DNA of 64,000 nt from an uncultured Trueperaceae bacterium (GTDB lineage: Bacteria; Deinococcota; Deinococci; Deinococcales; Trueperaceae): the NCBI GenBank assembly GCA_963799485.1, contig CAWCXJ010000008.1, positions 64,001-128,000 on the forward strand, read 5' to 3'. Below, piece by piece: positions 9,764 through 20,655 of this stretch. How positions within the stretch are numbered: position 1 is the first letter of the stretch; the number at the start of each line of letters is the position of its first letter. The translations under genes and the position numbers were made by a program. The notes under the pieces are model-generated. The model ran no database searches and was not told where the DNA came from. It was given only the letters and a program-made list of their open reading frames with translations.

Positions 9764-10162
9764 CTAGTCCGGATAGATAAACCCGAACAGCCACAACGTC
9801 CACACGGCGAGCGTCTTCATCGGTCTGTAGAGCAGTGCGCCGTAAACGAGCGCAAATCCCGCGACGACAAACGCCAATCCTGAAAAAAAGCCGTAAGCTC
9901 GCACCAACAGTACGGTTGTCAGGATGCACAACACCGCCGTAAAAAAGTAGTTGAGCGTCGCGGCAACGAGCCAGTTTCCGGCGTCGCCTCTGGTAAACTT
10001 CGCGTGACACACGCCGCACACGTCTACGATATTAAACGGCCCTTTGGCGATACGGCCCGCGCCACAGTTCGGGCAGCGCAGCGCAAAAACCGCCGTAAAA
10101 AACCGGCGAAACGCCAGCGCGACGTCCCCCACAGGTTTTTCTTTACCGGGGCCGCCTTGCAC
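9764..10162 (-). CDS. DUF983-like membrane protein with Cys pairs
   Basis: LRCPNCGAG...CGVCH followed by two TM segments. Confidence 0.7.
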   Translation of the reverse strand: MQGGPGKEKPVGDVALAFRRFFTAVFALRCPNCGAGRIAKGPFNIVDVCGVCHAKFTRGDAGNWLVAATLNYFFTAVLCILTTVLLVRAYGFFSGLAFVVAGFALVYGALLYRPMKTLAVWTLWLFGFIYPD

Positions 10163-10165
10163 CTG

Positions 10166-10399
10166 TTAATCCCGCCGCAGGTACAAATACGCAATATTGA
10201 CGAACAACAAGACGAAGGTAAAGAGCCAGGTGACGGTAGCGATGACGAGCAAAACAGCCCACACGGGCGGCAATTGTGCGCTCTGCACGACCAAAAAGAT
10301 ACTGACGATGCCGGCGACAGAAACGACTTGCAACAGGGCGAGCAGCCAGACAATCCGCCATTTTTGCCGCCGCGTTGTGCCCAGCTCGAGCATTCCCAT
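10166..10399 (-). CDS. Small two-TM membrane protein
   Basis: Two hydrophobic helices; TAAACT -10 box 6 nt before ATG; 3 nt from the next gene. Confidence 0.55.
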   Translation of the reverse strand: MGMLELGTTRRQKWRIVWLLALLQVVSVAGIVSIFLVVQSAQLPPVWAVLLVIATVTWLFTFVLLFVNIAYLYLRRD

Positions 10400-10790
10400 A
10401 GGCTCAGTTTATGCGATTCTTGGGCGCGCCTGCCCAAACCGGTCGCATAACCCAGCTGCATAACCCAACAGCGTAACCGTGCCCCACTACAGTATGCCCC
10501 GTTACGGTGCGCCCACTCTAAAATGTTTCGTACGCGCGTAAATCTTTATCCTGAACAAACGTTTACCGAGCGTTGCAGCACTTGCCAGGAACAGCCAAGC
10601 TTCCTTTTTCAGGTTGGCCTGGCCCCATGCAGTCGCCGCGTTTACTGAGCGCAGGTTGGCAAAATGTGCGTTTGAGGCAGTATCCGGTTCGGTAAAAGTT
10701 TCGCTGAAAACATGGTGAGCGTACTGCTCGAGCTGCTGAAAAACAGTTCCTTGTGCGGCGCGCGTTATACTCGCTGACATTAGGAGACAG

Positions 10791-11129
10791 GTGCGCGAGC
10801 TTCTTTACAATGCAGGTGGACACCTTCGGCGCGGCCGGGCACTCGCCGAGGCGGGCGACAAACGCGGCGCGCTCCGCGCCTACGCCGACGCGCTCCGCGA
10901 CCTGCACGCCGTAAAACCGCAGCGGCAACGCGACGTTCTCTTAGCGCACGTGTATCTGGCGCGTTACAGTCTCGCTTCTGACAAACGCGACCGGGCCGCG
11001 CAGCACGACCTGCGCGTCGGTTACTCCTACGCCCGCACGACCGGCGAACCGGGGGTGCGGCTGCTTGCTGAAAATCTGTGGGAAAGCTATCTACAAAAGC
11101 GTACACAAGCCGCGCAAAAAACGCCCTGA
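10791..11129 (+). CDS. Hypothetical alpha-helical (TPR-like) protein
   Basis: AGGAG RBS before GTG; GRALAEAGDKRGALRAYADAL TPR-like helix pair. Confidence 0.6.
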   Translation: MRELLYNAGGHLRRGRALAEAGDKRGALRAYADALRDLHAVKPQRQRDVLLAHVYLARYSLASDKRDRAAQHDLRVGYSYARTTGEPGVRLLAENLWESYLQKRTQAAQKTP

Positions 11130-11159
11130 CTCGCCGCCGGCCCGGTGTTAGCATAGGCC

Positions 11160-12278
11160 ATGACGCTCGCCTTTTACGACGCTGCCTTGGCCCTCGAGCC
11201 CAACTACCTAGACACCCTTGAAGCACTTGTAAGGCTCGAGTCGCCTACCTACGACAAGCAGGTGGTCAACCATCTGGTCTCACACCTGTGGGCAGTCCTC
11301 AACCTGCGCGGTTGGGCGGTCGAAAGACACGCCGGTGAAACGGTCGGTGACGCGCTTATCGCGCGTAAAAAAGGGGGCGACGGGCCGAAGAGTTTGCTGC
11401 TCGCCCACTGCGACACAGTCTGGCCCCGCGGGACGATTGCCGCAATGCCCTTTAGACGAGGCGGTGACAAGGTGTACGGCCCCGGCGTGCTCGATATGAA
11501 AGCCGGGATTGTGAGCGCGATAGGGGCCGTGTCTCTCGCTGAAGCGGGCGGTTCCCTGCGCGGCCCCGTCACGCTGCTCATTTCAGCCGACGAGGAGGCG
11601 GGTAGCCGTTACTCGCGGACGCTCATCGAAACGCTTGCCAAAGAACACGACCGGGTGTTTGTTTTGGAGCCGGGCCGCGACGACGGCGCGCTCAAGGTCG
11701 GGCGTAAAGGTGTCGGCGACTTTCAGGTGTCGTTTTTGGGCCGCAGCGCCCACGCGGGCAACAACCCCGAACTCGGCGCGTCGGCCCTGCGCGAACTCTC
11801 ACATTTTCTCCTCTTCGTTGAAAACTTGGGCGACGCTGAAGCCGGGACGAGCGTCAATCTGACGGTTGCACATGGCGGCAGCGTCGGCAACGTGATTGCC
11901 GAGGCGGCGACCGCTACGCTCGACTTCCGGGTACTCAAACTAGACGAGGGGTCGCGGGTTGAAAACGCGGTTCGGAGCTACGTCCCGCGTGACCAACGGG
12001 TACAGCTCACGGTAGAGGGCGGGCTGAACCGGCCTCCGCTCGAGCCCACCCCAGCCAACCGCGCCCTCTTTGAAGAGGCCAAACAGCTCGGCTTTTCGGG
12101 CGAAGGCGCGGTCGTCGGCGGCGCATCGGACGGCAACTTTACCTCGGCGCTGGGCGTCCCGACGTTGGACGGACTCGGTTCGGTGGGGGAGGGGCCGCAC
12201 GCACGGCACGAACACATCCGGGTGCGGGAGACGCTGGAGCGGGTCGCGCTCTTGGCGGCCTTCTTAAGCGCGTCTTAA
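11160..12278 (+). CDS. M20 family metallopeptidase (glutamate carboxypeptidase-like)
   Basis: HCDTVW, GPGVLDMKAG, ADEEAGS, GGASDGN, GPHARHE. Confidence 0.9.
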   Translation: MTLAFYDAALALEPNYLDTLEALVRLESPTYDKQVVNHLVSHLWAVLNLRGWAVERHAGETVGDALIARKKGGDGPKSLLLAHCDTVWPRGTIAAMPFRRGGDKVYGPGVLDMKAGIVSAIGAVSLAEAGGSLRGPVTLLISADEEAGSRYSRTLIETLAKEHDRVFVLEPGRDDGALKVGRKGVGDFQVSFLGRSAHAGNNPELGASALRELSHFLLFVENLGDAEAGTSVNLTVAHGGSVGNVIAEAATATLDFRVLKLDEGSRVENAVRSYVPRDQRVQLTVEGGLNRPPLEPTPANRALFEEAKQLGFSGEGAVVGGASDGNFTSALGVPTLDGLGSVGEGPHARHEHIRVRETLERVALLAAFLSAS

Positions 12279-12320
12279 ACGTCACCCAAACGCTGTGAAG
12301 TGCGTGGTAGGGTGACGTCT

Positions 12321-13901
12321 GTGTTTTTCTCGCGTGCGCTCCTAGCGCTTTTTTGCGGCGCTTTGCTGAGTCTGGCTTTTCCCCCGGTCGGGGTCTGGCC
12401 GCTGGCGCTCGCCCTCGCGCCTTTAATCCTCCTGAGCGTCAACAGCTTGAGCGCCCGCGCCGCCTTCTGGCCCGGTTTCTTTTTCGGTGTCGGCTTTTTT
12501 ACGCTTTACCTGTTGTGGCTCCCGGAAAGCTTCGCGCCCTACTCCGGCGGCTATTTCTGGCTTCTTTACCCGCCGATGATTGCCTTGCTCGGCCTATTTT
12601 GGGGAATTGTAACGTTTACGGCGCGGCTTTTGGGGGGGCGCGGCGTCGGGACGCTGTGGCTCTTGCCCGCGCTCTGGGTTGTCATGGAGTGGGCGCGGAC
12701 ACAGGGGCCTTTCGCGTTTCCGTGGGGCGTTTTGGGCTACGTGTGGGTCGGGACGCCCTTGGCGCAGGCGGCGGACATCGCCGGGGTTTACGGTCTCAGT
12801 CTGTTGACGCTTACGCTCGCTTCGCTCTTGGTGTCGCCCCTCGTATACCGCCCCAAACGCGTTTTGTCAGCCTCGAGGGCGCGCGTACCCACACCTCGGA
12901 AACCCCGGCAAGCGGGCTGGTCGGCTTGGTTGGTCGGTTTGGGCCTCGCCGCCTTATGGCTCGGTTACGGAATTTTTCGGGAGCAAACGGTAACGCTTTC
13001 GGCTCCAAAAACGGCGGTGTTGGTGCAGGGGAGCACCGACCCTTACAACCGCGTTACAGAACCCGGCGGCGAGTTGGGGCTCTACCGGCGTTTAACACAG
13101 CAGGCGTTACAAACATCCGGGCCGGCCGAGGTGGTGGTCTGGCCTGAAGGGGTCGCGCTCGAGCTGCTCTACTCCGGTTACGACCTGACGAGCCCCTACG
13201 CTGCGCCCGACCGGGCCGAGATTCAGGCGAGCGCCGGCGGGCAGCCGGTCATCACCGGGGGCGGGGCATTTGACGAGCGCGCGGTGTTTAGCGCGTCGAA
13301 CAGTGTCTTCGGCCTCGAGTCCGGTGAAGTCGGCGGGCGCTACGACAAGGTGTACCTGGTTCCCTTCGGCGAATACTTTCCGCTGCTTGGGCCGCTCGAG
13401 CCCGTCTACCGCACCGTCTTCGGTTGGTTCGGCTACCCCATGCTGCAAAGCCGTCCGCCGGGTCAGACGGTTGCGCCGCTGAGCGTCGCCGGAACGATGT
13501 TTGCCGCCTACATCTGCTACGAATCGGTTTTCCCGCAGATCGCCCGCACGATGGTCGCCGAGGGCGCACAGGTTTTGGTCAACATCTCGAACGACGCCTG
13601 GTTCGGCTTCGGACAGGGGGCGCGGCAGCACTTTTTAATGGGCAATCTCCGTGCTATCGAAACGCGCCGCTACCTTTTGCGCGACGGTAACGACGGCATT
13701 ACGGCGCTTGTGAACCCGCTCGGGCAGGTTGAAAAGGAACTGCCGAGGGGCGAACGCGGCGCACTTACGGTGCGCTACGGCGAACGGAGCGGTCTGACGC
13801 CGTATGTCCGGTTTGGCGACCTGCTTGTTCTGGGGTCGGCTTTAGCTGTTCCCTTCATCGCCCTTTTACGGCGGCGGGTAAGGGGCTCGAGTTTTTCTTA
13901 A
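12321..13901 (+). CDS. lnt: Apolipoprotein N-acyltransferase
   Basis: N-terminal TMs with FAFPWG; nitrilase triad VVWPE, K in YDKVYLVPFGEY, ICYES; NDAWF. Start may be 12300 or 12321. Confidence 0.95.
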   Translation: MFFSRALLALFCGALLSLAFPPVGVWPLALALAPLILLSVNSLSARAAFWPGFFFGVGFFTLYLLWLPESFAPYSGGYFWLLYPPMIALLGLFWGIVTFTARLLGGRGVGTLWLLPALWVVMEWARTQGPFAFPWGVLGYVWVGTPLAQAADIAGVYGLSLLTLTLASLLVSPLVYRPKRVLSASRARVPTPRKPRQAGWSAWLVGLGLAALWLGYGIFREQTVTLSAPKTAVLVQGSTDPYNRVTEPGGELGLYRRLTQQALQTSGPAEVVVWPEGVALELLYSGYDLTSPYAAPDRAEIQASAGGQPVITGGGAFDERAVFSASNSVFGLESGEVGGRYDKVYLVPFGEYFPLLGPLEPVYRTVFGWFGYPMLQSRPPGQTVAPLSVAGTMFAAYICYESVFPQIARTMVAEGAQVLVNISNDAWFGFGQGARQHFLMGNLRAIETRRYLLRDGNDGITALVNPLGQVEKELPRGERGALTVRYGERSGLTPYVRFGDLLVLGSALAVPFIALLRRRVRGSSFS

Positions 13902-13986
13902 CTTCCGCGTCACTCGAAAATGTACATCAGGGGAGCGTTGTCTGCCGTTCTAAACCGCCTGCAGCTGCTCGGTTCGTCGTGGGTGC

Positions 13987-14655
13987 TTACTCCGCGACCC
14001 GCGAGAAGTGGTCGCGCAACCGCCCGATGGCGCGCGTTTCACCGATGATGACGACGTTATCGCCGGGTGCGATGACAAAATCGGCACCGGGGCTTATCTC
14101 GAGCTTGCCCCGGCGGTTGACCGCAATCACCTGCACGCCGAAACGGTTGGCGAGTTTGAGGTCGCTGAGGCGACCGCAGAGCCGCTTCTGCGCGGTGAAC
14201 TCGATGACTTCGTAGTTCTCGCCTAAGTTAAAAGCGTCGATAATCGTCGGCGTTGCCAGCGATTTGGCAACCCGCACGCCCATATCGTGTTCCGGACGCA
14301 CGACTTCGTCGGCCCCGACTTTGAGCATTACCCGCGCGGCGGTTTCACTCGTGGCTTTACTCAGGATAGTTTTTGCGCCCTGATTTTTGGCGGCGACGAT
14401 GGTCAAGATGCTGGCCTCGAGGTCGTTGCCAATTGCCACGATGACCTTATCGAAACTTTGCAAGTCGAGCTTGCCGAGTGCGTCTTCGTCGGTGGCGTCT
14501 AGGATAACCGCGTGTGTCACCCCGTCCATCACCGCGTCGATACGCGTTTCGCTGCTATCGGCGACGACGACCTCATGCCCGAGGTCATAGAGCGTGGTAG
14601 CGAGCGCCGACCCGAAACGCCCGGCCCCGATGATGAGATACTGTTTGGTTTTCAT
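13987..14655 (-). CDS. ktrA: Trk/Ktr potassium uptake NAD-binding (RCK) subunit
   Basis: IIGAGRFG, VVRPEHDMG, C-terminal RCK_C. Confidence 0.9.
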   Translation of the reverse strand: MKTKQYLIIGAGRFGSALATTLYDLGHEVVVADSSETRIDAVMDGVTHAVILDATDEDALGKLDLQSFDKVIVAIGNDLEASILTIVAAKNQGAKTILSKATSETAARVMLKVGADEVVRPEHDMGVRVAKSLATPTIIDAFNLGENYEVIEFTAQKRLCGRLSDLKLANRFGVQVIAVNRRGKLEISPGADFVIAPGDNVVIIGETRAIGRLRDHFSRVAE

Positions 14656-14669
14656 AGCGCCAACTCCTT

Positions 14670-16031
14670 CTAACCGATTAATACGCCCTCGTGCGGATAC
14701 TTGACGTTGCTCGCGTGGGGTTCTTGTACCAAAGCCAGCGCAAAGGTCAGCGGCCCGATACGCCCCAAATACATCAGCAAGATAATCACGAGTCGTCCCG
14801 GTATGCTCAGGTCGAAGGTCGCACTCAGCGAAAGCCCCACTGTCGCAAACGCTGAAAACGCCTCGAACATGGTGGTGAGTAGGGGCAGCGATTCGGTCAA
14901 GCTCAGGAGAAACAGCGCGCTCATCACCAGGCCGGTACTGAGCAGCGCGACCGACCCGGCCTTGACGACCGTACCGGTCGCGATGCGCCGCCCGAACGCC
15001 GTGAGTTCGCCGCGCCCGCGAACCATGCTCCAGGCGCTCGCCACGAGGACGAAAAACGTCACAGTTTTAATGCCTCCGGCAGTCGAAGCGGGGCTGCCAC
15101 CGATAAACATCAGCAGCATCGTTAAAAGCAGGGTCGGTTCGCGGAGCAGGGTGTAATCGACGGTGTTGAACCCGGCGGTGCGCGGCGTGACGCCCTGAAA
15201 AAAGCCCATCAGCAGTTTTCCGCGTAGCGGCAGCTCGCCGAGTGTTTGCGGGTTGTTCCACTCGAGCCCCAAGACCGCCAGCGCCCCGAACGCGCACAGC
15301 AGCAGCGTCGTGAGGAGTGCAATCTTGCTGTGCAGCGTCAGCGGAAACTGCCTTCCGCCCCGAAAGCGGGTAAAGAGGTTGAGATGCACGATAAAGCCGA
15401 GGCCACCGATGATAAAGAGCGCACTGAGCACTAAAATTACCGTCGGGTTGTCGGCAAAGCGGAGCAAGCTGTCCGGGTAAAGCGCGAAGCCCGCGTTGTT
15501 AAACGCGCTGACGCTGTGAAAAAACGCGTAAAACGCACCCGCACCGGGGCCGTGCAGCGCCGTAAACGTCGGGTACAAGAGGAGCGCCCCGACGGTCTCG
15601 AAACCGAGTGAAATCAAAAAAATCGTGCGGACAAGCCGCACCACGCCGCCGGTTCCCGTCGCGTTGACCTGTGCGGCGGCGCGGAGCCGTCCCTGAAAGC
15701 CGACGCGCCGGCCGAGGAGCAGCGCCACCATCGTACTGAGCGTTACGATACCCAAGCCCCCGATTTGAATCAGCAGCATAATAATCACGCGGCCCAAAGG
15801 GCTCCACGCGCTCGCCGTATCGACGACGATCAGCCCGGTGACGCAGAGGGCGCTCGTCGCCGTAAAGAGGGCGTCTAAAAAGGTGATATTCTGCCCCGGT
15901 GCGTGACTCCACGGCATCCATAACAGCAGCGTCCCGACCACGATGGCGCTCAAAAACGACAACGCGATAGCTTTCGCCGGTGACGGTTTGCGGTCACTTT
16001 TGCGGCGTGGCTGAGAACGCGAGGCTCTCAT
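14670..16031 (-). CDS. ktrB: Trk/Ktr potassium uptake membrane subunit
   Basis: FTATSALCVTGL, SAFNNAGF, RTAGFN, STAGGIK, SAFATVGLS, MYLGRIGPLT. Confidence 0.93.
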   Translation of the reverse strand: MRASRSQPRRKSDRKPSPAKAIALSFLSAIVVGTLLLWMPWSHAPGQNITFLDALFTATSALCVTGLIVVDTASAWSPLGRVIIMLLIQIGGLGIVTLSTMVALLLGRRVGFQGRLRAAAQVNATGTGGVVRLVRTIFLISLGFETVGALLLYPTFTALHGPGAGAFYAFFHSVSAFNNAGFALYPDSLLRFADNPTVILVLSALFIIGGLGFIVHLNLFTRFRGGRQFPLTLHSKIALLTTLLLCAFGALAVLGLEWNNPQTLGELPLRGKLLMGFFQGVTPRTAGFNTVDYTLLREPTLLLTMLLMFIGGSPASTAGGIKTVTFFVLVASAWSMVRGRGELTAFGRRIATGTVVKAGSVALLSTGLVMSALFLLSLTESLPLLTTMFEAFSAFATVGLSLSATFDLSIPGRLVIILLMYLGRIGPLTFALALVQEPHASNVKYPHEGVLIG

Positions 16032-16216
16032 AAAGTTTCTCTCATCGGGTTGCTTTCACCGTGGGACCCCTGGGTTACGGGCCGCGAGGTTTGGGCCGAG
16101 GTCGCAAGTAGCAGCGAGTATGTGTGGAGCCACCGCCTAAGTTATCATGCGCCGCGCCCGAACGGGTAAAAAATGCTTTCGCTCACCTGACGCGCCGGGC
16201 GGTAAACTAGCCGGAT

Positions 16217-16711
16217 ATGCCCGCTGCTAAACCTACGCCCATGTTCCCCGCTTTTGACGTTCAGCTCGAGCGCCGTGATTTTTTGTACTACACCTGGGTG
16301 CTGGCCCTAAAACGTCCTGTCTTGCCCTTTTTGCTTTACAGCTTTGTATTTCTCTTCTTGGTCGGGATTACCGGCGTGTGGCCTACCGCGCGCGTCTTCT
16401 CGCTCGCCGTGTTTGTGCCGCTGCTTGGGTACTTGTTTTGGGTCTGGAGTTCGGCGATGACGCTCTGGGCGCGTTTCCCGGAGCTCCGGGAAACGCGGCA
16501 CTACCATTTTACGGCGGCGGCGTATCGGTTAGGGACCGCTCAGGGAGAGGCGATCCGTTACAAAGATGTCGAGGCTCTAAGTTCGCGCCGTGCGCTCTAC
16601 CTTATCCGCAAAGACGGCAGTGCGGACATCTTGCCAAGAGACGCGCTCCCTGAAGGACTCGAGGCTTTTTTGGCGCAGAAGCTTACGGTAGAACGCTCGA
16701 GCTTTTTGTAA
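16217..16711 (+). CDS. YcxB-like membrane protein
   Basis: Two N-terminal TMs plus a C-terminal YcxB-like ending (LYLIRKDGSADILPRDAL). Confidence 0.6.
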   Translation: MPAAKPTPMFPAFDVQLERRDFLYYTWVLALKRPVLPFLLYSFVFLFLVGITGVWPTARVFSLAVFVPLLGYLFWVWSSAMTLWARFPELRETRHYHFTAAAYRLGTAQGEAIRYKDVEALSSRRALYLIRKDGSADILPRDALPEGLEAFLAQKLTVERSSFL

Positions 16712-16772
16712 CAGGAGGCGTCAGTTTTGTGGGCGAAGTCAACAAGTTTTGAAATGCTTCTTGCTTCTTCTG

Positions 16773-16990
16773 AGATGCTGTGTTGATTTGTCAAGCTTGA
16801 ACCCGGGCAGACTTGAATGGTTTTCGGTGTGTGAGCACCCCAAAGCTGAGCTTCGACAGTTTAGCCGTGCACGCCACCACAGCCGCTTTCTTATGCTTCT
16901 CAGGTGCTACCAAACGTTTAAGAAAGTTGCTGATGGGATTAGATCGTATGGCTGAGAGGCACGGCATATAAAGAATGTGCCTCAAACAGC
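16773..16990 (-). mobile_element. IS110-family transposase 3' remnant with right-end sequence
   Basis: RHILYMPCLSAIRSNP...KKAAVVACTAKL..LSFGVLTHRKPF resembles the IS110 C-terminus; followed by GCTTGACAAATCAACACAGCATCT, resembling IS110 right ends; AT-richer than the flanks. Confidence 0.7.
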
Positions 16991-16991
16991 T

Positions 16992-17114
16992 CGAGCCTCG
17001 TTTACCCTCGATGTGTACACGCATCTGTTCGACGAACAGCGGGCAAACAGTGCGGTCTCGTTACTCGACTTCCTACCCAAAAGCGACCCAGTTAGCAAAC
17101 TAAAAATCCTGTAG
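16992..17114 (+). pseudogene. Tyrosine integrase C-terminal remnant
   Basis: RASFTLDVYTHLFDEQRANSAVSL* carries the catalytic-Tyr motif (TLDVYTH); points toward the 3' end of tRNA-Trp. Confidence 0.7.
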
Positions 17115-17145
17115 GTGCAATTAAGGTGCAAACCGGCACACACGA

Positions 17146-17178
17146 AAAGAGCCCCGCAATCAGCGGAGCTTCTCTTTT
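17146..17178 (-). terminator. Rho-independent terminator downstream of tRNA-Trp
   Basis: gagccccgc-aatca-gcggagctt hairpin flanked by A and T runs. Confidence 0.55.
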
Positions 17179-17199
17179 ACGTCTCTGACGCTCTTCTTG

Positions 17200-17275
<76 letters not shown>

Positions 17276-17390
17276 ACAAGACTTGTGAGTATATCAAACT
17301 ACGCGCCCCTCTGCCAAGTCCCGGACATTTGTCATCACCCGCACGTGCTATAAATATAGGTAGGAAACCACCTGTGTTGGAGGAGCCCAG

Positions 17391-17783
17391 ATGACCACAC
17401 AACCAGTAGACACAACCAACATGACCGTGACCGAAGCCGCCGCCCGCAAAGCCGGCGAGCTCTTAGGCAACGCGCAAAAAGACACCGCCGCCATCCGCGT
17501 TTACGTTAAGTCGGGGGGCTGTAGCGGCTACTCGTACGGGATGGCGATTGACGACCGTGAACTCGAGGGCGACAGCGTGTTCGTTGACCGCGGCGTCCGC
17601 ATCGTCATTGACAAAATGAGTCTGCCCTTGTTGCAAGGTTCACAGATTGACTACGTTGAAAACATGATGGGCGGCGGCTTCAGCGTCAACAACCCGAACG
17701 CCACGAGCGCGTGCGGGTGCGGCAGCTCGTTTCGTACCGACGGCAAAACTGCGCCCGAAGGCGAAAGCGTCAGCTGTCACTAA
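17391..17783 (+). CDS. A-type iron-sulfur cluster carrier (HesB/IscA/ErpA family)
   Basis: [30 protein letters not shown]. Confidence 0.93.
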   Translation: MTTQPVDTTNMTVTEAAARKAGELLGNAQKDTAAIRVYVKSGGCSGYSYGMAIDDRELEGDSVFVDRGVRIVIDKMSLPLLQGSQIDYVENMMGGGFSVNNPNATSACGCGSSFRTDGKTAPEGESVSCH

Positions 17784-17798
17784 AGCTTAAGCAGCTAT

Positions 17799-17832
17799 AA
17801 AAGAAGCGGCCCCGTAAAAGGCCGCTTTTTTT
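17799..17832. terminator. Bidirectional Rho-independent terminator
   Basis: aaaag-aagcggcc-ccgtaaaa-ggccgctt-ttttt between convergent genes. Confidence 0.8.
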
Positions 17833-17843
17833 GTACTCAGCGT

Positions 17844-19322
17844 TTACGGCGCGGTGTAGCGTAAAACCGGTTTACGGGCGGCTTTGACCTCATCCAAGCG
17901 GCGTACCGGCGTGGTGTACGGCGCATCTTTTAAGAAATCCGGGTCGGCTTCGGCACGCCTCAGCACCTCTGCCATCACTTCGACAAAGGCGTCCATCGTC
18001 TCGAGGCTCTCCGTCTCGGTGGGTTCAACCATCATCGCTTCTTTAACGACCAGCGGAAAATACATCGTCATCGGGTGCATCCCGTAGTCTAAAAGCGCCT
18101 TGGCGACGTCGAGCGTTTTCATCCCTTTAGGCGGTTGGGCGACGAACTCGTGCATGTTGATGCGGTCGAACGCCGTCTTGAAGCCAACTTCGTTCAGCTT
18201 GACCCGCAAATAGTTTGCGTTTAAGACGGCCCGCTCGGAAATCTGCGCCAGCCCGTCGCGGCCCAAAGCCCGAATGTAGGTGTACGCCCGGACGAGGTTG
18301 CCGAAGTTGCCGTGAAACGAACGCATCCGCCCGATGGAGTGCGGCTGGTCGTAGTCGAACAAAAAGCGTTCGCCCTCCTTTTTAACAATCGGTGAAGGGA
18401 GAAAATCGCGCAGGTGCGCCTTGACCCCGATAGGGCCGGTGCCGGGGCCGCCGCCGCCGTGAGGCGTGGTAAAGGTCTTGTGCAGATTGAGATGCACCAC
18501 ATCGAAACCCATATCGCCGGGACGAGCGCGGCCCACGATGGCGTTGGCGTTCGCGCCGTCGTAGTAGAGCTGCGCGCCGACCTCGTGGGCGAGGTGGGCA
18601 ATCTCCAAGATGTTCGTCTCAAACAGGCCCAGCGTGTTGGGGTTCGTGAGCATAATCGCCGCAACATCCGGGCCGAGCACAGCCTTGAGCGCGTCTAGGT
18701 CAACTTCGCCGTTCGGAGCCGTCGGCACTTCTTTGACGTCATACCCGACCATCGTCGCGGTGGCCGGATTGGTGCCGTGCGCGGCGTCCGGAACGATGAC
18801 GATACGGCGCTGCTGACCTTCGCCGTTGTGTTCGTGATAGGCCCGAATCATCAAAATCCCGGCGAGTTCGCCGTGCGCGCCTGCTGCCGGTTGCAAGGTG
18901 ATGGCGTCCATCCCGGTAATTTCAGCGAGGTCGTGTTGCAGGTTGTAGAGCAGCTCCAGAGCGCCCTGTACCGCGTCCGGGTCGGCGTTCGGGTGAACGT
19001 CGGCGAAGAGCTTGGCGGTTTCTTCGTTGACTTTGGGGTTGTACTTCATAGTGCACGAGCCGAGCGGGTAGAAGTTGCCGTCTATCGAGAACTGCCGGTG
19101 CGCGAGCTGGGTGTAGTGGCGTACTAGCTCCAACTCCGACACTTCCGGCAGTTTGGGCGGCGCGGCCCGTAAATTTTCAGTACCTAAAAGGTCAGCAAGG
19201 CTCTCCCCGACCGGTTTGGGCGGGCAGGCGGCGCGGCGGCCCGGTTGCGAGCGCTCGAAGATGAGCGGAAAGTCGCCTTTGGTGCTCTGCATAGGCGTTG
19301 ATTGTTCTCCAAGTTTAGTCAT
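17844..19322 (-). CDS. gcvPB: Glycine dehydrogenase (decarboxylating) subunit 2
   Basis: [40 protein letters not shown]. Confidence 0.96.
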   Translation of the reverse strand: MTKLGEQSTPMQSTKGDFPLIFERSQPGRRAACPPKPVGESLADLLGTENLRAAPPKLPEVSELELVRHYTQLAHRQFSIDGNFYPLGSCTMKYNPKVNEETAKLFADVHPNADPDAVQGALELLYNLQHDLAEITGMDAITLQPAAGAHGELAGILMIRAYHEHNGEGQQRRIVIVPDAAHGTNPATATMVGYDVKEVPTAPNGEVDLDALKAVLGPDVAAIMLTNPNTLGLFETNILEIAHLAHEVGAQLYYDGANANAIVGRARPGDMGFDVVHLNLHKTFTTPHGGGGPGTGPIGVKAHLRDFLPSPIVKKEGERFLFDYDQPHSIGRMRSFHGNFGNLVRAYTYIRALGRDGLAQISERAVLNANYLRVKLNEVGFKTAFDRINMHEFVAQPPKGMKTLDVAKALLDYGMHPMTMYFPLVVKEAMMVEPTETESLETMDAFVEVMAEVLRRAEADPDFLKDAPYTTPVRRLDEVKAARKPVLRYTAP

Positions 19323-20655
19323 GAGCCACCTCGAGCCTAGCCCCTAAAGTCCGCTCGAGTGCATCTGTCAAGAGTTTTACGTCTTCTTCGGTGGTCAGTT
19401 CAGTAGCGGAAAAGAGCGCAGCATTCTCCAGGCCGTAATCTTTGGGAACAGGTACAGCCGCCGCGACGCCCACTTCTGCGAGCGTATGACGCAACTCGTT
19501 TGCAGGGAGCGGTAAACGAACCGCAAATTCGTTAAAGAAGGGTTTTACGGTGAGGGGCTCGAGGCCCACCTCTTTAAGTTTACGGGCCAAAGTATGCGCG
19601 TTCTGCACGCTTTTGGTGGCGACTTCCGCGAGACCTTGCGGCCCGAGCGCGGCGAGGTTGATTGACGCCATCAGCGCCGTAAGCTGGTGGTTCGAGCAGA
19701 TGTTCGACTTGGCTTTCGAGCGGCGGATGTGCTGCTCTCTCGCCTGAAGCGTCAAGACGAACGCGCGTTTACCGTCCCGATCAGACGTTTCGCCGACAAT
19801 GCGCCCCGGCAGTTGCCGTAAAAGCGGTTCAGACACGACCATAAAGCCGAAGTGCGGCCCGCCGAAGTTGACCGGATTGCCGACGGTCTGACCGTCCCCG
19901 ACGGCGATGTCTGCGCCGTACTCACCGGGCGTAGTCAAAACGCCCAAGGAGAGCGGGTCGCAGACGGCGACGAAGAGCGCACCCGCAGCGTGAGCGGCGT
20001 CGGCGAGTTTGGGCATGGCCTCCAAGTAGCCCAAAAAGTTCGGGTTTTGCACGATAAAGCAAGCGGCGCCTTCAGCATCGTCTGGTTCGGGTGTGGTCAA
20101 GTCCGTTAGGGCGATTTCAACAATTTCAATTCCCAGAGGCCGCGCGTAAGTTGCCAAAACCTCACGCGACTCGGGATGCACCCCTCGACTCACCACGACC
20201 TTGCGCCGCCCGGTCTGCCGCACCGCCAGCAGCGCGGCCTCAGCGACCGCCGACGCGCCGTCGTACATCGAGGCGTTCGAGACCGGCAAGCCGGTAAGTT
20301 CACTCATCATGGTCTGGTACTCGAACGTCGCTTGCAACATCCCCTGCGAGACTTCGGGTTGGTACGGCGTGTAGGCCGTGACGAACTCGCTCTGCATGGC
20401 GAGGTGCGGCGTCACCGAGGGGATAAAGTGTTCTTGCAAACCGCCGCCTAAAAAGTTGGCCTGCGGAGCTTTATTTTTTGCGGCGAGTGAGCGCAGGTGC
20501 CGTAACAGGCTTGTTTCGTCCAGACCTTCGGGGATATCCAGCTCGGGGATTTTCAGTGACTTGGGCAGGTCGGCGAACAGCGCGTCGATGCTGTCTACGC
20601 CAATGACAGAGAGGGCACGCTCGAGGTCTTCGGGCGTGTGCGGCAGATAGTTCAT
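19315..20655 (-). CDS. gcvPA: Glycine dehydrogenase (decarboxylating) subunit 1
   Basis: [41 protein letters not shown]. Confidence 0.96.
   Translation of the reverse strand: MNYLPHTPEDLERALSVIGVDSIDALFADLPKSLKIPELDIPEGLDETSLLRHLRSLAAKNKAPQANFLGGGLQEHFIPSVTPHLAMQSEFVTAYTPYQPEVSQGMLQATFEYQTMMSELTGLPVSNASMYDGASAVAEAALLAVRQTGRRKVVVSRGVHPESREVLATYARPLGIEIVEIALTDLTTPEPDDAEGAACFIVQNPNFLGYLEAMPKLADAAHAAGALFVAVCDPLSLGVLTTPGEYGADIAVGDGQTVGNPVNFGGPHFGFMVVSEPLLRQLPGRIVGETSDRDGKRAFVLTLQAREQHIRRSKAKSNICSNHQLTALMASINLAALGPQGLAEVATKSVQNAHTLARKLKEVGLEPLTVKPFFNEFAVRLPLPANELRHTLAEVGVAAAVPVPKDYGLENAALFSATELTTEEDVKLLTDALERTLGARLEVAHD

Noticed and set aside
10446..10468. GCATAACCCA direct repeat in an AT-richer intergenic region
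   Set aside because: Two copies, with no other occurrence noticed; insufficient to call an operator.
16032..16216. c-di-AMP (ydaO) riboswitch upstream of ktrB
   Set aside because: The conserved GCTGAATCC / GGGGTGAATC / CAGCTAACC elements are absent; kept only as a weak unknown-leader candidate.
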